Shown: positions 11,791 to 21,419 of the stretch, piece after piece | How the letters are laid out: every line of letters begins with the position of its first letter | Position numbering within the stretch: the stretch's first letter is position 1 | DNA from: Caecitellus pseudoparvulus | Lineage: Eukaryota > Protista > Bigyra: Bicosoecida | DNA: 64,000 bases | Direction of reading: 5' to 3' | Assembly: GCA_965644315.1 (NCBI GenBank) | Contig: CBFFRQ010000062.1 | Coordinates: 372,001-436,000 of the forward strand | Program-made: the position numbers and the translations under genes | Notes under the pieces: generated by a model | Seen by the model: the letters and a program-made list of their open reading frames with translations, nothing else | Told to the model about the DNA's origin: nothing | Databases searched by the model: none

Positions 11791-12329
11791 GCCGCTTGAG
11801 TCAGGGTGGCCTGCAGGGGGACTGCGCGCAGCTCGCAGCAAAGAGTGGGGGGCTTTTGCTGCACACGCGATGCCCTTCTGCCTTGCGCAGTCCACGCCGA
11901 GCGCAGACTGCACAGCGGGAGGCTGGGGCGTGGGCAGGATGCAACAACTTGATTCTCTGGGTCAGTACGGCAAGCACATGGACTGGTGTGTATTGACAGT
12001 CGAGGACAGCCGAGGTCTGTGCTTGATGCGTGGCAGGGGGGGGGGGGGGAAGTGCCAGCCAGCAGAAACGTCCTGCACTTTGCGCAAAGTGTTTGCCGTG
12101 CCACGACGCGTAGGTTGCGATGGCACGAAGGGGAGCAGCCAAACAATGCACCCACTAAGTACTCAGGTGCTTCTTTTCGCGCAGCACCCTCGGAGCGTTG
12201 CAAATCCCTGGCGGCGTTGCTGGATCGCATCTTCGGTCAAAGTGAGCGTGGCGTGGAACCCCCGAAGACTGCACTGCAGCGCACCCGCAGCAGTGCACGA
12301 GGCACAGACGCTGCTATGGACATGTTCCA

Positions 12330-13511
12330 TCACTTGAAAGCACCAGGGCTCCCGTTGGGCGCCGACGGGGCGGCCTGAGGCGGTGCAGGCTGCGCTGGAC
12401 TCAGTGCGCCCATCGGCGCCAACGTGCCAACCGGGGCAGTGATCGGAAGGCGAACAGCTACACCCCGCCCACTACCCTCAAGTCGAGGCTTCCATCCTAG
12501 CTTCAACAGGACTGGCGCGGCAGGGCGCTGAGCCGCGTGGCTCGAACCCGGTTCGCAAGCTGGTGGCAAGGGCGGCGGCTGCTGCGTCACCTCTGAGGAC
12601 CGCTGTATGGTGGCCAGAGGGTAACGTGCGCCTCCAGCACACGGGGGTGAAGCCAGCTTGATCGCCCTCGCCTGCGGCATAAAGGCTGTTGGCACCGGGC
12701 GCTCCTGTGCCTCGTGCAGTTCTGGTGTAGTTCGCTGAGGGCGCTTGTCATACCCTGTGCCGGGGCTTCGTGGCAGGACGCACACGCCAGCTGTGGGATG
12801 TTCTGCACTGGACGGGGAAGAGTGCGAACTGTGCGCTTCCCCGGCGCCTGGTTCGCCCCCGCTTCCCCAGTGTGGGCGGGATGTGCGGATGGTGGGCGGC
12901 GGAGGCGGATCGTGCACGCCACCATCCGCACCGACGTGCAAAGGCTGCCATCCCTGCAGCCTTTCCTCTCCTTTGAGGCCCATGCCACCCACGGTGCCAA
13001 ACCCTTCAAGCTTTTCGGCGTCGCTGAGACTCCGCGCGTACCTTCTGTGGCCAGGAGGGCGCTGGCAGGGTGCTGTCTCCATCGGCGTCTGAAACGCAGG
13101 CCCAGCGCTCTTGACAACGGCTGGCGCGATGCTGTCCTCATGGCCCTCCCAAGTCCCCGCACTGAGACCACTCCAGAACGCCTGCTGCTCAATGCCCTTC
13201 TCAGGCAGTACTGCAGGCGAAGTGCACGAAGTCTGCAGCAGTTTACCGTGCGGGCTTTGACATGCACCTGGCAGGGGCTGGTCCATGTGAGTGATGATTC
13301 CGAAGGGCTGCACGGTAGGGATGCCTACCTCGAGAGTGGGCCCGATGGACAGTTTAAATGTGATGCTCTTCGCGCCCCTGCTGGATCCAGTCTTCGCCGG
13401 CAAGGCCTCGGGGCAGGCGTCAGGTTTCGGCGGCGGGAGGCGAACGGCGCACGCGGCGGCGCCATGCCGCGGAGCCTCCCATGAACTGACTTTCGGTTGG
13501 TGTGTGGCCAT
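12330..13511 (-). CDS. Hypothetical Ser/Pro/Ala-rich disordered protein (frame open upstream to 13904)
   Basis: Long ORF with a GCC-ATG-G start at 13511. No recognisable domain. Confidence 0.4.
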   Translation of the reverse strand: MATHQPKVSSWEAPRHGAAACAVRLPPPKPDACPEALPAKTGSSRGAKSITFKLSIGPTLEVGIPTVQPFGIITHMDQPLPGACQSPHGKLLQTSCTSPAVLPEKGIEQQAFWSGLSAGTWEGHEDSIAPAVVKSAGPAFQTPMETAPCQRPPGHRRYARSLSDAEKLEGFGTVGGMGLKGEERLQGWQPLHVGADGGVHDPPPPPTIRTSRPHWGSGGEPGAGEAHSSHSSPSSAEHPTAGVCVLPRSPGTGYDKRPQRTTPELHEAQERPVPTAFMPQARAIKLASPPCAGGARYPLATIQRSSEVTQQPPPLPPACEPGSSHAAQRPAAPVLLKLGWKPRLEGSGRGVAVRLPITAPVGTLAPMGALSPAQPAPPQAAPSAPNGSPGAFK

Positions 13512-14201
13512 GGCCGGGGATGCAAGACATAAATCGGCGGAATTTATGCTCGGCAAAGATGATTTGCCTGGCAAGGGGCCTTTAGAGGCGAAGGAGGTGT
13601 GCTTGTCCACGGGAGAGTGCGGCGTTTCAGATGGCGCAACTTCAGAGAGCTTGTCCACAGTTTGCGGGACGGAGTAGGCGGGCAGGATATGCAACCTTGC
13701 AAAAAGCGTTGCACGCGGGGAACACCTGGTCGTTTCTTTTTGGGTGGGCCAGGAGGATGAGATGCCCGACGGGCGCTTGAACCTGCGCCGCCATGACTGC
13801 CTGCCTGCCGCGGACGTTCCATGGAGAATGCAACTTCTGCAGGCTTGCCGCCCAGAAATGCAGCTACTGCACAGCACTGCGGCACAGAACTTACCGGAAA
13901 GCATGCATGACGCGAAGGTTATGCTCGCTCAGCGTACTAATCCGGCCCCCGTCACCAGCCGTGAGCATGGCGCTTTGCTCGCAAGCTGGCACTTCGCACT
14001 CTGAGCCAACAATCGCAAGCCTCCCGGCACCTCGTTCAGCCCCCTTTGCACGCGCACTTGAGCCTGCCCCGTCTGAGGCTGTGAGCACGGTGAGGCTGCC
14101 TGGCCATTCAGGCAGGTGGAGCTTTTTCCGCAGTCCAGCCCAACTTCCTGCCGTTGCGGCCGGGGACCCGGCGCTAGTCGCGACTGGACACCCCTATCCT
14201 C

Positions 14202-16408
14202 ATGGCAGCATCAAAAAGGAGTGACGAGTGTGCTGGGCGTGCGTTGCGTGGTTTTGCGCCGTGCGCGCTGCCGCCCGTGCCGCGTGACTCACGCCAGCGA
14301 AACGCACTCCCGCTCAAACCTTCACAGCTAGCCAGCCTGCAGCAGGGGCCGGCTCGGTTGGTGCAGAGCTGGAAGAAGTGCTTTCTTTTGAGCAACTGTG
14401 TGCCTCGGGGCTCCCGTGGATCAGTCCAGCAGAGCTGCCTCCTGAAGATGACGCCAGGTGGAAGTCCATGGCTGGCTACCTAAGGTGGCCCTTTTTGCCC
14501 ATGGAGCACCTGGTGCCTGCGTTCAAAGCCTTGTGCAACTTGGAGCGCGGTTTGCACGAAGGCCAGCCAGGCATGTGCCGAGTGGTTTTACTGAGTGGCG
14601 AGCAAGGAATCGGGAAGAACTCCCTGGTTCTGCTGGCTATGAGCGACATCTCCCGATCCCGGGCAGCGAGCGGGAGCAGGGAGACCTTCACCTTCCACGA
14701 GCTCATGCAGTGCAATAGAGCCTCCGAGCAAGGGTGCTTTTATTCCTACTTGCTGGAGAGTCTTGCCCCGAGGCTGCATGAAATGGAGCGGCTCGGAGCT
14801 GTTGCGGAAGCGGTGGAGCGGCTTGGCACTCTTGCGACCGAAGTCGAAGGGAGTGGGGGCTCCCTGCCACTGCGTCAACTGCAGAGGCTGGGTTTGGCCA
14901 AAGGGGGCGACGCCTTCGCCACGGAGCGCGACTTGCTGCCACCAGAGCTTCTCGCCGTGATCCAACATGCTCATCACCGAGGCCTGATTGGCATGGTCAG
15001 CGCCTTGCTAAGGCAGGCAGGCGTCGCCGTGATTGTCTCCCTCCAGCGACCAGACTGCCTTTTCAGAGAAAGCCACTTTTCGTTCCAGCGTGCCGAGCTT
15101 TGGCTCGCCCAGCTTCGAAGCGTAGCTTTGGACCCGGACGGCGCGATCGGCATCGTGCTGTGTTCCAACCGCCCGGGGGTTCGGTCCCTGTTCCTGTCTG
15201 CCGGTAAACCCAGGGCTTTCCCCGTGGGATACTCCCATCTGGCCCTGTGTGGCAGTTGGGAAGCAGGCGAGATTGTGCACGTGCGCATTCCTTCGCCAAA
15301 CTGGACACGACTAACCCTGATGGCCTACTTGTTGACTCACGCATGCAGGAGCGTGCAGGCAGACTTCACATTGTACGTCCGCCCCGAGTCATGGATCCCA
15401 TCAAAGGCAGCCATGCACCTGGCTCGAACGATTGACGCTGTTGTACAGGGAGGTCACAAGGGCAAACTGCCAGCTGGTGAGAAGCCGCTTGACGCCTTCC
15501 TCGAGCATGTGCTGTGCGGCTTTGGGAACGTGCCCATCCTCCTGTCCGATGTGGCCTGTGGTTTGACTTGCAGAGGCCCCGCTGATCGTTGGCCACAGCC
15601 CTGCTGCTCGCGATACGATGGTGCGGAGCGCGTGCGTGACAATCCCTTCGTCGCTCGGGCTTTTGGTGAGTTCATGTTAGCGGTGCCTGCCGTGGAGCGC
15701 GAGAAGTTTCTGGCATGCACCACGCTTGAGTTCCGGCGGACTGACTTCGTTGTACCCTTTGAGACGGTGTTACGTGAGCTTATCCGCAAAGACAGCGCTC
15801 AGGCACCAGCACAGCCAGCCAGTGGAAGTGCTGCGTGTGACGCGCTCGCGTCACCTGTGGATCGCGCGCACGCGTGCATCGAAGCAGCTCTGGATGCAGG
15901 CAGCCTTGTGCAGAGCAAGTCTGGTGATCTCATGCTTGGGAGCCTGGGCGCTCTTCACCATGGCAGGTGGAGTTATTCTAACCCAAGAGTGGCAGCATGG
16001 GGGCGGCGGCTCGGCAACGAGCACGAGTCCAGGCTCCCGCTGGCGAGGGGGCTTGCTCGCATGGGCAGCTTCTCAGGTGAGGTGCTTGTGAAAGGAGCGC
16101 ATGGGCCAGAACCGAGTTCTGGCGACTCGCTTTCCGCCGAGCTGGCAGTGATGCATCTTGTGGCCCTAGATCACCTGAACGGCAACGACGCCATTCCTCT
16201 CACGTCTGATGCAGTGACAAGGGCACATGTGGAGCAGGCATTCGGCAGCAAAGTGGAGGAAGGCTTGGGGGGGTGGGGGGCGGCCAAGGCAGTTGGCGCA
16301 GCGCACGGAGTTCACGACGTGAGAGCCCACGCTGCGTACTTATCGCTGAAGCTGACACACCCGAGCCTGTGGGAGTACCTGACCTTGCAAAAGGGGGGTT
16401 CTGGCTGA
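14202..16408 (+). CDS. Degenerate P-loop NTPase-domain protein; exons 14202-14238, 14328-16408
   Basis: Walker A-like VVLLSGEQGIGKN. The expected Walker B position (VAVIVSLQRPD) lacks the acidic pair. Intron 14239-14327 (GTGCGT..TTCACAG) joins ATG 14202 to the 676-aa frame. Confidence 0.65.
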
Positions 16409-17216
16409 GGGAGTCGCCCTACACGCTCGGCGGTGACCTTGTGGGGGTGTACCTAGAGCTTGATTCTTCGTTTCTGATTGCTCACATTGTCCGCGTACAC
16501 ACGAAGCGAGCCTCCCAGTGGGCGGTTGAGCAAGGCACCTACTGCACCACCACACACCACTCCATGGACGCTGCTGTGCTGGACCTGACAGGGGGTGTGC
16601 CACTATCTTCAGCAACCTCGGAAGACACGAATCGCAGGCACGAGCCCATCTTCCGCGCGGTGGGGGACCTCGTCATTGCCGCTGTTTTGGCCACCATAAA
16701 GATGGAGCAAGGCGTGGACGTGCTGTCTGACTGGGACGCCCACTTCCGCGCAGTCGTTGAGTCGAACATCGTGTGGGCCGTCGACGAAGGTCCACTAATC
16801 GCAACCACTCTTGAGTTAAACCGAACACTGCGTGATCGAGTACTGTGCGCTGGCATCGATGTTGTCGATGGTGAGGACTTCATGAAGATTTGTGAGTCGC
16901 ACGAAGGAGCCTTCGGCAGACCGCGTTCGCTGTCTCAAGAGACGGACGAGAAATCGGTCAAGGATGCCTGTCTCAAGGATATTCGCGGCAAGTTGACCAC
17001 TCTTCTTGGATTGTAGGATGGGGTCAACTTTTGGGCAGAGGTGCGCCACCAGCCACACGCCGGCGTGAAACTGGTCCGGGTGCGCTTCTCCACCGCGGAG
17101 GGGAGGTTGTCGCGCAAGTGCAAGGCCATGAAGTTGCCCACACGCGCAAGTACAACGGCTTCAAGGGCATGATTGGTGACAGGAGCGAGCATCTGAGCTC
17201 AGGCATGTTACGCTGA
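16390..17216 (+). pseudogene. Probable disrupted C-terminal continuation of the NTPase gene (or a separate 150-aa ORF 16564-17016 plus remnants)
   Basis: The -1 frame is open from the G6 run at 16393-16398 to TAG 17014-17016. Protein-like sequence continues in-frame past the TAG (DGVNFWAEVRHQPHAGVKLVRVRFST), then in a shifted frame (EVVAQVQGHEVAHTRKYNGFKGMIG..GMLR, TGA 17214-17216). CAATGCA follows at 17262. Confidence 0.45.
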
Positions 17217-17773
17217 CGTCACCGATACTTGCCGCGTGAATGTCGGCGCACTCGGGAGTTTCAATGCATCGCAAGTACCCCACGGGTCGAGGCGGTGGAA
17301 GAATCTCTTGCTCAGCTCCGTATGAGGGAACTCCTGCGGCAGCCTTGCAGGCGTCGCATCGCACGGACGACCACGAAAGCACACCACGAGCAGCGACCCG
17401 CGCGCTGACACTGCTCAGAACGTGCCAACCGAGCGAGCTCCAAAGGAGGGCAAGCCGGCTAGAGATTGCTGAATAGTTGAGATTTCCCCCTGACCTGCGT
17501 TCACTTCACCCCGACGCCTCTTTTGGTGCGTTCATGAGTGCGACTGGCCCGGTGTAACTTCGCGTCGCAACTTGTAACTGCAAAATGTGCGCACACGCCA
17601 CCAGAGCAGCGGTAGGATCAATTGGATTCATGAACAAGCACAGGCTCAGACAAAGTCACGCACAGTTTCATCGCTATGTGCGAGGAAGTAGGGTATGTGT
17701 CAAAGGAGGGCGCGGGCAGCCGGTCAGCTGATCGGTGTCGGGAAGTGGCCCGCCGGAAACTGCACTGACGCAC

Positions 17774-18595
17774 TCAACGCTGCGCCGGTCCGCGGGCTCG
17801 CTGAAGCGGTGGAAGCCTCACCGCGGGAAGAGGGCTCACGTTCGAGAAGCTACTAGAGCGACTGAAGGCAATGCTGCAGTCGTCAGGGGGTGTGCAGGCT
17901 CGGGGGACGCTGGGCGCAGCCGGCTGTGCGCACCCTGTCGCGAGCTCGGGCGAGGGTTGCTGCTGCTGCGAGGACATGCTGCCACAACAGGCCGGCTTGC
18001 TGGCCGTTGGCTTCATCGGGCAGGGCAGCTGCACAACGGGGAGGACGGCACATGGCCCCTGAGTTGAGCGCACGGGGAGCGTGACGATGGGCAGAGCTGC
18101 TTGCGCGAGCCGAGCCGGCTGCCAGCTGTGCTCCAGCAACGTGGGCGCAGGCGAGACAGCTTCCTCCTCGACACCCCAGGAAGTGGCGGGTGAAATGCCG
18201 CCCTGTGCCCAGTCCCGCATGGAGTCAGCCTCACGGAGGAAATCTTCACAGTGAAGCACCTGGATGTTGATGGTGCCACTGCGTGTGGCGCTCGGGAAGT
18301 CTGCCGGGACGGGGTCCGAAGTTGGCTGATGCACATGTGAGGAGGCGTGGTGCAGTGCCCTGCACTCCATGCTTCGTGCGTGGCGCAGGGGTCGCGGCTG
18401 GAGCTGACCCGGAAGCTTGGGCTCCTGAGCGTGCTTGTGGAAGGCATAGACTGACGTTGCGGCAGCTTTGGCATCGTGGGCTGGCACTGCGCACTCGGAG
18501 TAGCTCCGAGGCGTCGATGGCATCGTGGCGCTGAACCTGCGCCCTCGAACGTCGCCGTCGCGATGGGAGGGAGAGGCAGGAGCTAGGGGCTCCAT
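17774..18595 (-). CDS. Hypothetical Ser/Pro/Ala-rich disordered protein
   Basis: ORF of about 273 aa with a CCC-ATG-G start. No recognisable domain. Confidence 0.4.
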   Translation of the reverse strand: MEPLAPASPSHRDGDVRGRRFSATMPSTPRSYSECAVPAHDAKAAATSVYAFHKHAQEPKLPGQLQPRPLRHARSMECRALHHASSHVHQPTSDPVPADFPSATRSGTINIQVLHCEDFLREADSMRDWAQGGISPATSWGVEEEAVSPAPTLLEHSWQPARLAQAALPIVTLPVRSTQGPCAVLPVVQLPCPMKPTASKPACCGSMSSQQQQPSPELATGCAQPAAPSVPRACTPPDDCSIAFSRSSSFSNVSPLPAVRLPPLQRARGPAQR

Positions 18596-19808
18596 GGGGA
18601 AGGCGTGGTTGCTGAGAGGAACTGGGTGGAGGATGGCTGGTGTTGGGTGATGGGATTCTGCGGTGTTGGGAGTGGGAGTGAATATTGCCCACGAAGCGCC
18701 AACTGCGTCAACGCCGAGCCAGATGCCGCTGGGCCGTCGGCCCCCCCTCCGCTGGATCGGCTTGCGCTGTGGGTGCACATACGTACCCGGTGCTCTGGCG
18801 GACTCTGTATTTCTCAGTGGGTGTCAGGAGCACGGATTTCCGAGTTTCCACCAGCTGTTCTTTGCCTTCGAAATGCCTCCGGCACCGTGGGGCGGCTGCA
18901 GCTCGGGAAGTGAATCAAGCTGTTCGCAAAATGGTGGATTCGCATACTGGTCTTGGGAAGGGGCTTATTTTTGTGGGTGCTTACCCAGCTTTCTGCGCCT
19001 TCCAGCTGGCGAAGAAAAACAGCACCGGCCCGAGAGGTCATTTGTGTGGCACCTTGTCGTGCAGCAATTGGCTACACTCGGCAAGAATCCACAGCAGGCA
19101 TGCACGGGCCCCACGTCTTGTTTCCGATGGTCGCTGTGCAGTACCAGGTCAGTGGTGATCGCGTGCGTCACAGCCGTCCTTGCGGAAATCGCGTGCAGCT
19201 TGGACCAGCCGCAGGGAGACCGCACCTCGACCGAGACCCAAGCCAGAGGAGGGCGCTGTGAAGAGCTCTGTCACATTATGAAGTTCAAATACGAAAAGGA
19301 ACAGTTTTTCTCGTTTTCCCGTACGGGGCCTCCAGCAGCGTGCTGGAGCCAGTGAAAGTTCTACCCGTCGGCGCAGACCGGTCAGTCCCAGGCAGCAGAC
19401 ACGTAAGCCCCGACCCGCTGCTTGGAAAGGTAAAGCCCCGCATGGACTGGGGCCAAGCTACCCTGCACTGCGCCTGGAGCTGCATCGGGCCCGTTGCAAG
19501 GCTAGGTTGCATCTGGCAGGCGTGGCGTGCGGGGGCGGCTGCCTACCTCCGCACACCTCCTCCAGGTCCGCGTTGCAGGCGTTGGGCAGAGGGGGCTGCG
19601 CTTCTTCCACAGCTACCCCGTCCATACGACCCATAACACTGCGTGTGTCAGCCAGCGGCTCCTGAGGGCGACCACGCCCGACTCTGCGTTGTGCCTGCTT
19701 TGTCTTGCCGAGGCCGACTTGACATCCACTGGCCCCGCCCGAGGCTGCACGTGGCCTGGGCGACACCCGCACATATCAGGACCGTGGATTCTGCGCATCA
19801 AGATCCAT

Positions 19809-20690
19809 TCAAAGGGAAGTGGAACGTTCGAGGCTGGGCTGGCTGGCACTGGCAGCGGCGCTGGGGGAGCTGGTGTGGTTGAGCGCCGGCACCCAGGCGC
19901 CCAGGTCCTTCAGGAGGGATGCGGAGGTGCTTCCAGAGGCGGTGGAGACTCGACCGCTCCACACGTCTAAGCCGTGGCTGGCTTCGATGCGGGGGTGGGC
20001 TTCGGCAGGGTGCGGGGGCGGCATGGTGCCTCCCTGGGAGGTTCCTGGCACGGAGGGGAGCAGGACCGGGGCCATGGTGGGAGGGCCACCGACCAGCGCT
20101 GGCAGCACTGTGAGCCAGGGAACTCCACCAGCGGCAGGGGACTGAGCTGCGCGATGCGGCCATGCAGGCAGGGCGAGAGGAGTGACGCATGTGGAGCGGG
20201 CGCTGTCCGTGAAGGAGCTGACACTGGGGCCCCTGCCAGCCTGAACGCGCGATGCAGGTGACAGGTACGGCGACGGCGCAGCGTCACGGTGAAGCAGCAA
20301 GCCCGTAGCTACCGAGCCACATGTTCCTTGTGTGTTGTGTCGGCGGCAGGGGCTGGCAGCAGGCAACTCGTAGGCAGCAAAGTGCCCGCCACCAGCGGCC
20401 GCTGCGGCTGCTGCAGTGCCAGGTGGCATCAGCTTGTGTGGAGATTGGCTGCCCCGCCTCCTGTGCACCTCCCACTCGTGCTGGCTGGAGGTGCGGGCGT
20501 ACTCTGCCAGGGACGCAGACAGCCTTGATTGCAGTGCTCGCAGGGTTTGTGGTGGTGCGCTCTGGCGATGGTGGCGGCGTGGAGGGGAACGTTTCAACGG
20601 GTGGGGAGGTGGGTGTGAGTTGGCACGAGGGCGGCGAAAGTGCCGCGCGCCGCGTGAATGGAGTTGGCCTGAGTCTCCCTGTGCAGCCAT
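19809..20690 (-). CDS. Hypothetical Ser/Pro/Arg/His-rich disordered protein
   Basis: ORF of about 293 aa with an AGC-ATG-G start. No recognisable domain. Confidence 0.4.
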   Translation of the reverse strand: MAAQGDSGQLHSRGARHFRRPRANSHPPPHPLKRSPPRRHHRQSAPPQTLRALQSRLSASLAEYARTSSQHEWEVHRRRGSQSPHKLMPPGTAAAAAAAGGGHFAAYELPAASPCRRHNTQGTCGSVATGLLLHRDAAPSPYLSPASRVQAGRGPSVSSFTDSARSTCVTPLALPAWPHRAAQSPAAGGVPWLTVLPALVGGPPTMAPVLLPSVPGTSQGGTMPPPHPAEAHPRIEASHGLDVWSGRVSTASGSTSASLLKDLGAWVPALNHTSSPSAAASASQPSLERSTSL

Positions 20691-21419
20691 GCTGCCGAGA
20701 AGAAGCTTACAGACAGCTAGATCAATGCAGGAGTGCATGTTGCGTGTGAGGAGGACGATCGGAATGTGGGCGGGGAGTGCCTTTGTGCATCCCGCCTGAT
20801 AGTGCGTGGCATGATGGCGATGGCCCCAGAAGCAGCGCCTGCTGCTGCGGGTCCAGTGCCGGTTTCGAAGAAGATGCAAGCGCCTGCTTCCTTTCCTTGT
20901 GCTGAGCGCGCATGAAAGCCCCGAGCATCGCCCCAGCGTCGCTCATCACGGCAAATTTACTCACTCCCTGTTTTCCAACGCATATCTACCTTGCTGCGTC
21001 TCTTCTTCCTTGAGCTGGGTTGGGTCGGTGTTGCAGGCGGCGTTTCACGTTACGTCGCCTGCCTGCTGCGCCCACCTTCCCTTCGAAGGCCGTGCGGAAG
21101 ACCACCCGCTGGCACTCAATAACTGAACTCGCAGTTGATTAGACGTGTGCGTTCCATTCCACTGCGTGTCCATGCCTTCGCTCCTCCTTGCCCTGCTTTT
21201 TGCCGCTCACAAACCTGTCTTCCGATCGTAACTGCACCGACGCACTGGCCTATTGTTCTTCGACTGGCGTTGCAGACGTGCTCCTGCGGATATGCATCCG
21301 CTGCATAATGCCCCGCGCTTTGCTTGCATTCCTGAAGCTGGCCAGGGCACAGGTGCAATGCATTGCAGTCACAAAGTTTGGTCAAGGCACTTGGATGGGG
21401 ACGCGCTGGGAGCAGGCAA

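Noticed and set aside
16390-16398. Confident call of a programmed -1 ribosomal frameshift
   Set aside because: A_AAG_GGG is a poor eukaryotic slippery site, and downstream lesions (TAG, second shift) favour mutation or assembly error. Kept only as an alternative explanation.
17400-17760. tRNA or other ncRNA in the lower-GC intergenic stretch
   Set aside because: No cloverleaf or A/B boxes were recognisable by eye.
10600-21400. Endogenous virophage/Polinton or retrotransposon in the accessory block
   Set aside because: No strongly AT-rich multi-kb insert and no terminal repeats. No integrase, RT, tyrosine recombinase, pPolB or capsid motifs were recognised.
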